64,000 nt of DNA from Anaeramoeba ignava BMAN (GCA_028826165.1 JAPDFW010000070.1:62001-126000), one strand, 5' to 3'. Positions 38,735 to 52,598 are shown, numbered from the stretch's first letter. A program made the numbers and translations. Notes: generated by a model not told the origin, from the letters alone.

Positions 38735-40434
38735 TTAATTTTGAGAAATAATTCCAATTTCCATTTTCTTTGCTAATTTTACTCCAACAACTTTTATATA
38801 TTCTTTAAGTAAATTTTCCAATTTTTCAGATTCAACAAGAAATGGCTTTAATTCTGAAAAAAGGATCGAAATTTTATTATTTAAAACAAATCTAATTGAA
38901 TTAATAAAATCATCCTTAAATTGAAAATTTTCTTGTTCAAATTTTTTCTTTTTTTTTAAATCCAAAATCAAACAATCTTGCTTTGGTTTTGAAACAATAT
39001 CCTTGCATTGATGAAGATATACCCAAGACAAAGTAGTAGGGCAAAGTAGTTGAGAAGGGAAATAAGATCCTTTATATTTCATGTTTGAAATATTGTGAAT
39101 ATAGTATCCCAAATAGTAATAAATCAAATCAGGTTCAAATTTGGTTATTTGTTGAGTCCATAAAATTTCAAATAAAGAAGATATTTTTCCAGGAGAAAGA
39201 AAACGAATTTTTGGATCGTGATATAAATACACACTAGATAAACAATTTGGAAGAATATCAATAACTCCCACTATAATTAATTTGCCGTCAAATCGATATT
39301 CTTGATGAAAAGTCCCGAATTCTGTTTTTGAATTGGGTGATTTTTCGCGCATTAATGGTGATTCTACTAAGAATTGTGTGTATGATTCTTCTGTTAGTTT
39401 TTCTTCTGGATCGTGATGGATTTCCATTTGATATTTTTTGTATAAGTTGTAACTTTCTTCTGAAAATTCTGCTTTTTTGATTTGAACTTCTAAAGTGTGA
39501 TATTTTGTTTGGATTTTTCCTCCTGTTTCTTCGGGTTTAAATTGGATTAAGGGGAGTAAAAAATCAAGAATATTCTTTTCTTGTTCTTTTTGTTGTTCTT
39601 TTTGTTTTTGATTTTTCTTTTGTTTTCTCATTTGTCTTATTTGTTGAGATTTTTCGAATATTTGAGGAGAGAATTCAAATTTATTTTGATTTTGAATTTG
39701 ATTTTGATTTATATTTTGATTTTGAATTTGATTTTGATTTTGATTTTGAATTTGATTTTGAATTTGATTTTGAATTTGATTTTGATTTTGATTTTGATTT
39801 TGATTTTCAATTTGATTTTGATTTTGATTTTGATTTTCAATTTGATTTTGATTTTCATTTTGATTTTCATTTTCATTTTGATTTTCAATTTGAATTTGAT
39901 TTTCAATTTGATTTTGATTTTGATTTTCATTTTCATTTTGATTTTCAATTTGAATTTGATTTTGATTTTGATTTTGATTTTGATTTTGATTTTGATTTTG
40001 ATTTTGATTTTGATTTTCATTTTGATTTTGATTTTGATTTTGATTTTTTTCGTTCTCCTTTTTTTCTATTTCTTCCAAAGATAAAGGAGAATCTAAAACT
40101 GAAATTAATTTTTTTAGAACTTTTTTTTGTGAAGAACTAATTTGAAATTCTTCTGCTTTTAATTTAATTGCTAAAAAAATCAATAAATGAAAAAATAAAT
40201 AAAAAGATTAATAGAAAAAATATAAATTTTACTATAAAAAGTTAAATGACATTTTGGATTTATAGGAAAATAACAAAATTTTCCTGATCTTCTCCATCCA
40301 AGATCAATTAAGTCTTGATAATCTTTTGTTGTTAATTGGTTTGCTATAAAATCAAATGTACAAAATCCATTTTCAACATGACTATATCCACATTCAGAAA
40401 TAGATTCGCCTAATGGAGTAATAATGGAAATCAT
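38735..40434 (-). CDS. ATE1: Arginyl-tRNA--protein transferase
   Basis: Exons 40434-40233 and 40170-38735. Motifs: YQDLIDLGWRRSGK, YTIKL, LYKKYQ..IH, HQEYRFDGKLI.VGVIDILP.CLSSVY, YYYLGYYIH..MKYK. Contains an NQ insert. Confidence 0.92.
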
Positions 40435-40539
40435 TTGAAATTATTTTCTTCTTTTTTTTTATAAAGAATTAAAGTAAAAAAGAACACTTAAAAAATTGAA
40501 AAATGATTTCTAAATTTTTAAAAAAAAAATTTAAATTAG

Positions 40540-42045
40540 ATTTAATCTTTATTTATTATTTATAAATAATCTATTTATATTTATCATTTATATTAAATTT
40601 ATTTATTAATTATTATTCAAAACTATTAATAATTTTGATTTATTGATTATTTAAATTTATCCTAATTTTTTATTTATATTTAATTCATCTTTTATTTATT
40701 ATTTATTAATAATTTATTTATATTTATTATTTATATTAAATTTATTTATTAATTATTATTCAAAAATAATTAATAATTTTGATTTATTAATTATTTAAAT
40801 TTATCCTAATTTTTATTTATATTTTTATTTTTATTATTTTATTTATTATTTATTTTATTTTATTTATTATTTATTATTTCAAAACTATTTATTTTATTTT
40901 AATTATTTAAATTTATTAAATTTTTATTTATATTTAACTATTATTCAAAAACTATTTAAAATTTTATATTTATTATTTATTTAAATTTTTATTAATTATT
41001 CCTATTTAATTTTTTATTTTAAATTTATCCCCTAAATTTTATTTAATTTTTTATTTATTATTTATTAATAATTTTTTATATTTATTATTTATTAATTATT
41101 ATTCAAAATTATTAATAATTTTGATTTATTAATTATTTAAATTTATCCTAATTTTTTATTTATATTTAATTCATATTTTATTTATTATTTATTAATAATT
41201 TATTTATATTTATTATTTATATTAAATTTATTTATAATTATTATTCAAAACTATTAATAATTTTGATTTATTAATTATTTAAATTTATCCTAATTTTTTT
41301 ATTTATATTTAATTCATCATTTTATTTATTATTTATAAATAATCTATTTATATTTATTATTTATATTAAATTTATTTATAAACTATTATTCAAAACTATT
41401 AAGAATTTTGATTTATTAATTATTTAAATTTATCCTAATTTTTTTTATATTTAATTTTTTATTTATTTATTTTCTATTATTCAAAATAATTTATTTTATT
41501 TTTATTATTTAAATTTATTAATTTTTATTTATTTTTTATTTATTCAAAATTATTAAAAAATTTTATATTATTTTTATTTATTAATTTATTTAAATTTATT
41601 ATTAATTAAATTTTTTATTTTTATTATTTAAATTTTATCCTAATTTTTATTTATATTCATATTTTTATTTATAATTTATTTATTTATATAAATTTATTTA
41701 TTATTTTTATATTTAAATTTATTTTTATAAATTATTATTCAAAAATTATTAAAAATTTTGATTTATTAATTATTTAAATTTATCCTAATTTTTATTTATA
41801 TTTAATTCATCTTTTATTTATTATTTATTTATAAATAATTTATTTATATTTATTTATTTATATTAAATTTATTTATTAATTATTATTCAAAACTATTAAT
41901 TAATTTTTGATTTATTAATTATTTAAATTTATCCTAATTTTTATTTATATTTAAATTCATATTTTTTATTTATTATTTATAAATAATTTATTTATATTTA
42001 TTATTTATATTAAATTTATTTATAAACTATTATTCAAAAAATAAT
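40540..42045. repeat. AT-rich minisatellite, unit about 140-150 bp
   Basis: Recurring 'tattattcaaaactattaataattttgatttattaattatttaaatttatcctaattttt'. Confidence 0.75.
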
Positions 42046-42664
42046 TTTGAAAATTTAAATTTATTAATTTTTATTTAATTTATTTTTGGATTTATTAATT
42101 ATTAGTAATTTTTAAAATATAACGTCACTGATCATAAAAATAAAAAAAAATAAATAAAAAAAGTTTTTGTTGTTTTAAAATTAAATTTAATTAATGGATT
42201 TAAAGGAATTTTTATAAAGGGAGTTTGTTAATAAATTTTTATTTATTTTTAATTCATTTTTTTTTCTTTTTTTTTTTATTTTTTTTATTTTATTTATTTT
42301 ATTTATATTAAATTTAAAAATAAAATAAAACAAAAATTTTTATTATTTTTCATTTTCATTTTTTTTTTTTATAAAAATAAAAAAAATAAAAAAAAAAAGT
42401 TTTTATAAATTAAAAAAGTAAATTAAAAAATAAAAAATAAAATAAAATTTAAACAATCCAAAAAAAAAAAATAACCCAAAATAAATCAATTAAAATAATA
42501 AAAAATAAATAATCAAATAAAATAAAAATAAACAAACACACACACAAAAAATAATAAAAGCAAAAGAGAATAACAATAAAAATAAAAAAATAAATAAACA
42601 ATGTCAAAAATCAATTAATAAAATAAAATAAAAATTTAAATTTAAAAAAAAAAATAAATAGCAA

Positions 42665-43366
42665 ATGAAACTTTTCGCACTTTTTGTTCTTGCTCTTATT
42701 TGCAGCACTTATGTTATCAATGCATCAATCACACTTGAATCAATTGAAGAAGTAACAGCTGATTTTTGCCCCGAATGTGTTAGTTTCATGGACGAATCAC
42801 TTCAAACAATTTTAAACATCATCTTAAACGGAGGAGTTATTGGAGGATGTGATGAACTTTGCTCATTATTAAACCAATCCGAAGTAATCACAACACTTTG
42901 CAATTTAGCATGTGATGCAGTTGGAATCAAAGTTTTCATTTACTTGATCCAAAAAGCCGATTTAGATTCAATTTGGATGTGTGAAGAATGCAAATTATGC
43001 CCAGTTAAAGATGGAAATGCAACTATTATTTCAACAGATGTTCAACCAAAATCAGGTCCAGCAGGAACAACTTTCCAACTCACAATGATCTATCAAGTTA
43101 CTGAAGAGACTGGAACTGGAACCGTTGAAGTTGATATCCAACCAATTGATGGAATGCCTCTTGGTGATGCTGAATTAATCATTAAACAAGCTGACGGAAG
43201 TTATAAAATTACTTGGAGTATTCAAACTGAAGCTTCTGATGATGATCCTTGGGGTCCTGGTAAAGCTGAAGTTGATTTCTTTGTTTGTGATGGTGAATGT
43301 GGTTCAAAACACGCTCATTCTAAAATCTATTCTACTGCTACTAATTATTTCACAATCACTGAGTAG
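42665..43366 (+). CDS. Countin-like secreted saposin-B domain protein
   Basis: Signal peptide, then CPECVSFM..LNIILNGGVIGGCDELC..CNLACDAVGI..DLDSIWMCEECKLCP, and a C-terminal beta domain ending CDGECGSKH. This matches the Dictyostelium countin architecture. Confidence 0.85.
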   Translation: MKLFALFVLALICSTYVINASITLESIEEVTADFCPECVSFMDESLQTILNIILNGGVIGGCDELCSLLNQSEVITTLCNLACDAVGIKVFIYLIQKADLDSIWMCEECKLCPVKDGNATIISTDVQPKSGPAGTTFQLTMIYQVTEETGTGTVEVDIQPIDGMPLGDAELIIKQADGSYKITWSIQTEASDDDPWGPGKAEVDFFVCDGECGSKHAHSKIYSTATNYFTITE

Positions 43367-43915
43367 ATCCCTCTTTTCTCTTTCAGATTTTTCACTTGAT
43401 TGATTTGATTGTTTTTTTTTTCACCTTTTCCGTTTTTTTTCTTTTTTACTTTTTTTCTTTTTTACTTTTTTACTTTTTTACTTTTTTACTTTTTTGATTT
43501 ACTTTACTTACTAAATCTTTCAAGTGTTTCAATTCAATTTTTTAATTTTAATTTTTAATTTCAATTCAATTTTTTAATTTTAATTTTAATTTTAATTTTT
43601 AATTTTAATTTTAAACCCTTTTTTAAATTTTAATTTTTTTTAATTTTAAATCAAAATTTTAACTTTTTAAATTAAACTTCTTTTACTTATTTATTAAACT
43701 TTAATTTTATTAATTTTATTAAACTTAATTTTATTTTTTGCTTTGTCATTTCTATTCTTTATTCTTTTTTATTTTTTTATTTTTCTGATCTATTTTTTAT
43801 TTTTTATTAATTCTCATTAAAAAATAATTTCATTTTTTTTCTTCCATTTAAAAAAAATAATTTTTTTTTTTTGAACTTTTCTTTTTCAAAAGAAAAAACA
43901 AAAGAAACAAAACAA

Positions 43916-44290
43916 ATGTCAAAAGAATTTTCAGAATTTTTAACATTTTTAGATGCAAAAATTGAAAACATTTCACCTAAAAATAAAACATTATCATTTC
44001 TTCATCAATCAGCACATAATTTAATATTTGCAACAACTCAACTGAATATTTCTTTGCGAAATCTTGAACCAAATACTCTTACACTTCCAGAAATTTTTGA
44101 ATTGATTCAAACAATTTTCATTTCTTTAAAAAAATTAGGCAATATCGTTCTTCAAATAGAAATTTTACAAGAAAAAGAGATTGATATAATTGAAAAAGAA
44201 TATGTTTATCGAACTAATAAACTTGAAGAAGATATTCATCAATTTGAAAAAGAGATTGAATCGCTTTCTAATTTTAATTCTAATAATTAA
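43916..44290 (+). CDS. Hypothetical helical protein
   Basis: ATG at 43916 in an A-rich context, coding-like composition and a coiled-coil C-terminus. Confidence 0.55.
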   Translation: MSKEFSEFLTFLDAKIENISPKNKTLSFLHQSAHNLIFATTQLNISLRNLEPNTLTLPEIFELIQTIFISLKKLGNIVLQIEILQEKEIDIIEKEYVYRTNKLEEDIHQFEKEIESLSNFNSNN

Positions 44291-44599
44291 TCAATTAATT
44301 CATTCAGAGAAAAAAATTTTTTATTTTTACTTTTTTCTTTTCTTTTTTTTTGATCAGTTTTAATTCAATTTATTTTTTCTTTTTTTCTTTTAAATTTGAT
44401 TTGAACATTGATCCGTAATTTCTTTTTTAATTTCTTTTTTAATTTCTTTTTTAATTTCTTTTTAATTTCCCAATGTTTGCTTTGTTTTGTTTGAACATTT
44501 TTAATAAAAACAAAATAAAAATTTTTATTTAATTATTTTTAAAAGAGATTTGATACCCTTTTTTATATAAAAAAAAATTTTAAATCACAAACAATTTCT

Positions 44600-45560
44600 A
44601 ATTTATTTTTAATTAATTTATTTAAATATTGAAATAAGATTTAAATTATATCTAATAAATATTTTGTTTTTAAAATATATATTTATTAAATATTTAATTT
44701 GAATCCCTTTTTGTTCCAAAAAATTGATTAATCCAAATTGATTAAAATATTTTTTATTCATTTTAATCTCCCTTTTCATTTTTAATTAAATTATTTAAAT
44801 TTTGAAATAAGATTTAATTTATATTTAATAAATATTTTGTTTTTAAAATATATATTTATTAAATATTTAATTTGAATCCCTTTTTGTTCCAAAAAATTGA
44901 TTAATCCAAATTGATTAAAATATTTTTTATTCATTTTAATCTCCTTTTTCAATTTTAATTAAATTATTTAAATATTAAAATAAGATTTAATTTATATTTA
45001 ATAAATAATTTGTTTATAAAATATATATTCATTAAAATATTATTTATTAAATTTAATTTCCTTATTAAATAATTAAATTAAATATTTTATTCCACATTTT
45101 CAATTTTAATTAAATTATTTAAATTTTGAAATAAGATTTAATTTATATTTAATAAATATTTTGTTTTTAAAATATATATTTATTAAATATTTAATTTGAA
45201 TCCTTTTTGTTCCAAAAATTGATTAATCCAAATTGATTAAAATATTTTTTATTCATTTTAATCTCCCTTTTCATTTTTAATTAATTTATTTAAATATTAA
45301 AATAAGATTTAATTTATATTTAATAAATAATTTGTTTTTAAAATATATATTTATTAAATATTTAATTTAAATCCCTTATTAAATATTTAAATTAAATATT
45401 TTATTCCACTTTTTCAATTTTTAATTAAATTATTTAAATTTTAAAATAAGATTTAATTTATATCTAATAAATAATTTGTTTATAAAATATATATTCATTA
45501 AATAAATTATTTATTAAATTTAATTTCCTTATTAAATAATTAAATTAAATATTTTATTCC
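44600..45560. repeat. AT-rich minisatellite, unit about 150-180 bp
   Basis: Recurring 'aaataagatttaatttatatttaataaat..ttgtttttaaaatatatattt', about 6 copies in two subtypes. Confidence 0.75.
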
Positions 45561-45617
45561 ACATTTTTCATTTTTCATTTTTCATTTTTCATTTTTCATT
45601 TTTCATTTTTTAAAATA

Positions 45618-48348
45618 ATGGATATTTTTCAACAACAAATAACCACAACACAAAACAAAAACAAACAAGAAGAAAAAAGCAAAGTAAATTATCAATCGTA
45701 TCTCGAGATGTATCGAGATGAAGATATTGAAGAAGCAATATGCACACATTTCAACGACACAAGCCAAAATCACAATTTTTTCAACGTAAAACAAACAAAC
45801 CGACTTGAAATTTTAAACAAGCAAATTGAAGCAGACAAAAAAAACCTACAAGATTTAAAACATGGACTGAAAAAAACATCGGAAATCACGAGTCAAATGA
45901 TTTCCGCTTTGGAAACTTTTGAACAGAGGTTTCTTTCCTTGAAAGAAATGTCTGAAATTCATCTCGAAACAATGAAATTGAGAAATGAATTTTTAAATAT
46001 TGACACAACAAATCATCTTTTCAAAAACATCATTTGGGTTTTCAATCTTGCGAAGAATATCCGACCCAAAATAGAAGAAGGGATCCGCAATAACTTGCCA
46101 GTTTATTTGGAATCCGTTGATCTACTTGAATACGGAATTGAGTTTATGACCCAAAATAAATCATTTCGTTCTTCTCATTCTGTTATTTCTCAGTTAAAGA
46201 ATCTTACTGAAGTTGCACTTAGTAATTGTGCCAATATGTTCCATGATGTTCTGGTTCAAGAGTCAAAACCTATTAATCCGCATTTATTAACAAAATTCAT
46301 TTCCAAAGATGATCCTTCAAAAAATAAAAAGAAACCTCAACAAAAACATCAAAAATCAAGAAGTGAATCAAGTAATTCTTTTGCGGAATTCTCTGAAGAT
46401 CTTGATTTTAGTACTTATGAAGAAGATAGTGCAAATCCTGATAAAGAAATTGAGCAAAGCAGTGAATTTGAGAAGAGTTTTGAAAAAGAAGAAAACAAAG
46501 AAAACAATGAAAAGAAAACAATGAAAACAATGAAAACAATGAAAACAATGAAAACAATGAAAATATTCAAAATATTCAAAATATTCAAAATGAAAATATT
46601 CAAAATGAAAATAATGAAAATATTCAAAATGAAAATATTCAAAATGAAAATATTCAAAATGAAAATAATGAAAATATTCAAAACCAAAATCAAAAAAACC
46701 AAAATCAAAAAAACCAAAATCAAAAAAATCAAAATCAAAAAAATCAAAATCAAAAAAATCAAAATCAAAAAAACCAAAATCAAAATATCCAAAAAAATTC
46801 TTATCAATTCTCTGATTCTTCACAAAATACAATAACATTATTGATCCAAAAATTCGAAAGATTCGAAGATACAAGTTACCTCAAAATTTACAAAGAAGTG
46901 CGCAAAACTTTCATTGAAAAATCACTCTTACTTTCATTGAAACCATCAAATGAGAAAGATATAGGAGACACACTTCTTGTTGATCAAGCAAAACACAAAA
47001 TGAGCCTGAATCAAACACCAAATCAATCAAATTTTCCTGATTCAACATTAAGCCACATGTATGTTGATCTAATGGACTCAAAATTCATCAAGAAATCCAA
47101 GAAAAAACGAGAAACTTACAAAAAAGGATCACATATTTTCATTTCATTGATTCAATCACTTTTAGAAATGATTATGAACGAAAAAAATTTAGCAGAAAAA
47201 TTAATTCCGCAATCCAAATTCACAGAAATATTTTATTTCATTATTGAGCCCTGCATTGAGATTCTGGACAAAGTGGGACACCATATTTTAACAGTGAAAA
47301 GAACAAGCACTGATTCACGATTAGAACTACTTGACATAATTGAAAATTTAAACAAAAGATACAATGAATACAATAGCGTTTTGCGACAACAAAGTCCAGC
47401 CAAGGGCGATCCCTCAACATTAAGTTCTCCAGCTTGTATCTCGAGATCAATCAAGCCACTAAAGATCTTTTTAAGGAATTTGTCAAAGAAATTGAGGTCC
47501 AACAAGAAAAAAAAACAATCTCACCAAATGGAACTGTTCATGAAGTCACAAGCAATTCTTTAAGATTTTTGAACAAAATGCATCCCTTTGAAAACGTGAC
47601 TGAAACTCTACTCTCTCCTGAGAACAAAGATATGGAGCAAATCCCTGATGTTTTACTTCTTGATTTTTCAAACACGGAAAAACAAGATTTACTTCCTATT
47701 TCAAGAACTCAAGAAGAAAAATCAAATATTGCATTCAAATTTCCAAATATCGCAAACTTCTTGATGAAATCACTCGACACATTGTGCATAACTCTCGAAT
47801 CAAAAGCAAAACACCAGAAAGACCTTGTTCTTTCTAATTTATTTCTTATGAATAATTATGACTATATTTTAAGTTCAATTAGAACTCCCCAAATTTTCAA
47901 ACATATTTATCACAATAGGATCCTTTTTGCCGAAAAGAAAATCCATCTTTTCCAAGAAAATTATATCCAGGCAAGTTGGAATAAAGCTATTTCCTGCTTG
48001 CTTCTTGTCAACAAAAGTCTCTTTTATGATCCAATCGCGAAATCAAAGCGAAAAAAATCCAAAATATCAAAAGCAGAAAAAAAAGAAATTCGTTCAAATT
48101 TTTCAAACTTTAATTTGGAACTTGAGTCCCAATTTAGATGTCAAAAAAATTATGTTATTCCTGACCGCACTTTGAGAGACAATATACGCAAAAAATCTGC
48201 TAATTTGGTTATTCCTCTTTATCAGCAATTTCTTGAAAGGAATTCAAAAATTGATTTTGCAAAAGATACTTCTAAGTATTACAAATATCCTGTTGAGACT
48301 GTTCAGAAAATGATTTATGGTTTTTTCTCTCAGACAATTAATATTTAA
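45618..48348 (+). CDS. EXO70: Exocyst subunit Exo70 (frameshifts near 46510 and 47415)
   Basis: N-terminal coiled coil, then NGTVHEVTSN, LFLMNNYDYI, FNLELE..QKNYVIPD..LRD..VIPLYQQF and KYYKY. Acidic/NQ insert at 46300-46800. Confidence 0.88.
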
Positions 48349-48907
48349 AATTAAAGAATAACAATATTTGAAATTAAAGAATAACAATAATTATTTGAAT
48401 TTAAAGAATAAAAATCTTTATTCAATTTAAATATCAGAATTTTAATTTTGAATTTGAATTTTAATTTTGATTTTGATTTTGAATTTTGATTTTGATTTTA
48501 ATTTTCATTTAAATTTTAATTTTGATTTAAATTTTGATTTTAATTTTGATTTTAATTTTCATTTTAATTTTGAATTTTGATTTTAATTTTGATTTTGATT
48601 TAGATTTAGATTTTGAATTTTGAATTTTAATTTTAATTTTAATTTTGATTTTGATTTTGATTTTGATTTTAATTTTGATTTTGATTTTGATTTAAATTTT
48701 CATTTTGATTTTGATTTTGAATTTAATTTTCATTTTAATTTTGATTTTGAATTTTGATTTTGATTTAATTTTGATTTTGATTTAAATTTTCATTTTGATT
48801 TTGATTTTCAATTTGATTTTCATTTTGATTTTGATTTTGATTTAAATTTTGATTTAAATTTTGATTTGATTTTAGTTTTGATTTTGATTTGAATTTTGAT
48901 TTTGATT

Positions 48908-50095
48908 TTAGTTTTGATTTTGATTTTGATTTTCATTTAAATTTTGATTTGAATTTTCATTTGAATTTTCATTCTGATTTAGATTTTGATTTAATTTTCT
49001 AATTGGATCAAAATAAGGATGATTCATTGCCTCAGCAGCTGTCAAACGTAATTGATGATCATAAACAAGCATTTTATCGACAAGATCCAAAGCATCAGGA
49101 ACAGCAAGATGTTCATTAGTAGAATTAACGAAGCGAGTCCACTTTTTCTTTTCGTGATGACCCAAAATTTTGGTCTGATTTTGAGGAATATCAAGATGAT
49201 ATTTATTTAAATATTCAAATAATTCTTGAGTTCCCAAAACTCTTGCAATTTTAACAAGTTGGTCATCATTATCTCTACCGTGAAAAAAAGGGTCTTTGCC
49301 AAAAAGCATAGAGGCAATCATACATCCGAGGGACCATATATCCAGAGAGTAGTCATATTGTTGTAAATTGACAAGTAATTCTGGACCTTTGAAATATCTC
49401 GTTGCAACTCTCACATTATATTCTTTTCCTGGATGATAAAACTCTGCAAGGCCCCAATCAATTATCCTCAGGCTCTTCTGCCGATGATCTATCATGATGT
49501 TTTGCGGTTTAATGTCACGGTGAAATACTCCCTGCGAATGCGAAAAATCTAACGCTTTTAAAATTTCATAAATGTAAAATCTCATGTCAATGTCTGTCAA
49601 TGTCGGATACAATATTGTATAATCAATATTGCGCACATATTCAGTCACAATTGCTGGATTTGGATCGTTGTCACTGTCCACACCAATGCCAGTTTGTGTG
49701 TCAATGTCACCTTTAACTAGATCAATTAGTTTCAGAATATTTGGTCCATCTTTCAGTGCTTGCAGAACCTTGATTTCCCGGTTGATCTTCGCCTTGCGTA
49801 CCGGTTTCAGTACTTTGACTACGCATGGTTCTCCTGTCTGGATATTAAGTGCTTTAAATACTTCACTGTATTTTCCATGCCCAATTTTTGACACCATTTG
49901 ATAATTGTTTTTTGAATTCCATAAAATTTTTAAATTTTCATAATCAGAATATTCTTTTGGTTTTTCTTCACAAATTTGTGCATAAACTCGTGATATACCT
50001 TTTTAATAAATTTAAATCATTTATGAATTTTGTAAATTGATTAATTTTTTGATTGATTTTTTCATTTTCAATTTTTTACTTTTAAAAGATTCCAT
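48908..50095 (-). CDS. CKA1: Casein kinase II alpha subunit, 2 exons
   Basis: Exons 50095-50080 and 49998-48908 give MESFKSISRVYA..., [27 protein letters not shown] and [11 protein letters not shown]. Confidence 0.95.
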
Positions 50096-50568
50096 TTTTA
50101 ATTTTTTAAATTCAAAAACAATAAAAGAAGAAGAAGAAGATAAAACAAAAATTACAAAAATAAACTATTTTAAATTAGATTAGATTAGATTATATATTTT
50201 GTTTTAAAAAAAAAGAATGAAAAAAAAAATGAAAATAGATTTTTTGTTTCATTAAATTTTTTGTTTTTAAAGAAAAAGAAAAATACAATTAATGGAAAAA
50301 GAAAAAAGAAAAGGAAAAGAAAAACAAAATTCCAAAAAAGTGAAAGGGAATTCTGTTTTTTTTTTTAGATAAAAATGTTTGAACAATTTTTTTTTATTTG
50401 AATATTTATGTTTGGTCAATTTTTCTCTTTCTGTTTCTGTTTCTGTTTTTGTTTCTGTTTTCTGTTTTTGATTCTTTTTCTTTTTTTAAAATATTATTTG
50501 TTTTTTTATAAATTCACTTTTTTGAAATTTTTCTTTTTTTTAAAAAAATAATTTTTTTTATAAATTTT

Positions 50569-52598
50569 TTAATTTTGTTCGTTTTTAGCAATTTCCTCAA
50601 AAAAATGTTCAATACGAGGGAAAAATTCATATGCAAAATTGCTAACAATATCATTATGACCAGCCTCATCTATCCATAATGGATCAACAGGATTTGGAAG
50701 TAAACGATATAATTCATGACCATGTTCACTATCAATAATCTTATCACTTTCACCATGAATAACAAGAGTTGGCGAATCAAGTTTTTTAACTTTGTCAATA
50801 TTGCAGAAGATATCAAAATACCAAGAAAACTTTGTGTCAACAACTACTCTTACACATGATAAAAGAGGTGACATTATAATAACTCCTGCTGCTTTCACTT
50901 GTGTTGCTAGGTGAATTGTTACACCTGTTCCTAAGCTGTGACCAAATAATATTATTCGATTTGGTGGTATTTTTTTCTTTGTAACTAAATAATTCCAAGC
51001 TGCTTCTGCACATTTATAGCAATTTCTTTCGCTACACTAAAATATAAAAAAAATTTTTTTTTTAATAAATATTTTTTTTAACATGAAATTTAATATTTTT
51101 TTAATAAATATTTTTTTTAACATGAAATTTAATATTTTTTTTAACATACTTTCCCTTCTGCTCCAGGATATCCATAATATTCATAAAGTAAAACATTCGC
51201 ATTTAAATTTATTGAAACTTCTTTAGCCCAACTTCTCAGTTGAAATATTGTTTCTGCATTTCCATGAGAAAATAATATTGTATATTTAGGCTCTTTAGTT
51301 TCTTGAACATTATTTACTGAATTTCGCATATGATTATGTTGTCTTAATGGCACTTCATTTAGTTCATTAGAATTTTGGTTGTCAATGCCATATTGATTTT
51401 GATTTTCTATATTTTTATTTATTTTTTCGTTGTCATTAGAAATGTCAATTTCAAGATTTGGATCATAAGCAGTGTTATTGCTATTATTGTTATTATTGAC
51501 TTGGTTGTCACTATTGTTAATATCAATGTTATTATTGTTAAAAATATAACTATTTTTTTTATTAAGATTTGTTTTTGTATTTTTAGGAAATTTTCCATAA
51601 TTGTTATTTTTCTTAGGTATTTTTTTTTGATCATCTTTTTCTTTTTCTTTTTCATCATCACTTTCATCTTCACTTTTAAATTCTTTTTCATTTTCATTAT
51701 CTTTTTCTTTGTCTTTATCTTTATCTTTTTCTTTATCTTTTTCTTTTTCGTTTTCATTTTCACTTTCATTTTCTTTTTCTTTTTCTTTTTCGTTTTCTTT
51801 TTCATTTTCGTTTTCATTTTCATTTCCTTTCATTTTCACTTTTAAATTCATCTTCTTTTTCATTTTGATTTTCTTTCTTTATTTTATTTTCATTTGAATT
51901 TTCATTATTTATTTATTTGATTTTCATTATTTATTTGATTTTCATTTTCATTTTCATTTTCATTTTGATTTTCATTTTGATTTTCATTTGAATTTTCATT
52001 TTCATTTTCATTTAAATTTTCATTTTTATTTTCATTTAAATTTTTATTTTCATTTAAATTTTTATTTTCATTTTAAATTTTCATTTTCATTTGAATTTTC
52101 ATTTTTATCTTTATCTTTATCTTTATTGTCATTGTCATTTTGTTTAAGCTCATCCATATCAATTTCATTTTCATACTTTGTTTTGACATTATCATCAAAA
52201 CTATCTTTTTTTTTTTGACTTTGACCATCATCTTGATTATTTTCTTGATTTTGCTTGTCAATTTTATCACGGTTGAAATTATTTTGTCTTAATTGATTAA
52301 TAATTTGTTGTTGTTCAAGACTTCCAACACGTTTTCTTTGAACCTCAGTATTTCCTATTGTTGGATTAAGAGCACCAAATTGTAACCGAAAACTATCCTT
52401 TAAAATAATACTTTTATGTTTTCTTCTTTTAAAACTTTTCTTTTGAAATGACTGTTCATTTCTTGAAGTTTCTGGATCAATCCAAATTATTGGGATTTTT
52501 GACCCATCTCTTGTTTTGATATATTTTGTTTCGTCTTTATTAATTTCTGGATATTTTTGTGGTGGCAAAAATACAAATTTTGAAACTAACGATCCCAT
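50569..52598 (-). CDS. ABHD17-family depalmitoylase-like alpha/beta hydrolase with a long low-complexity insert
   Basis: MGSLVSKFVFLPP, TILFSHGNAE, intron 51149-51037, FGHSLGTG, IHGESD and GHND. The frame is broken within the E/N/K repeats at 51860-52070. Confidence 0.85.

Noticed and set aside
12609-48348. Frequent frameshifts as programmed frameshifting or mass pseudogenisation
   Set aside because: Most fall in homopolymers or microsatellites, and they hit conserved genes such as Exo70. This is typical of long-read consensus indels.
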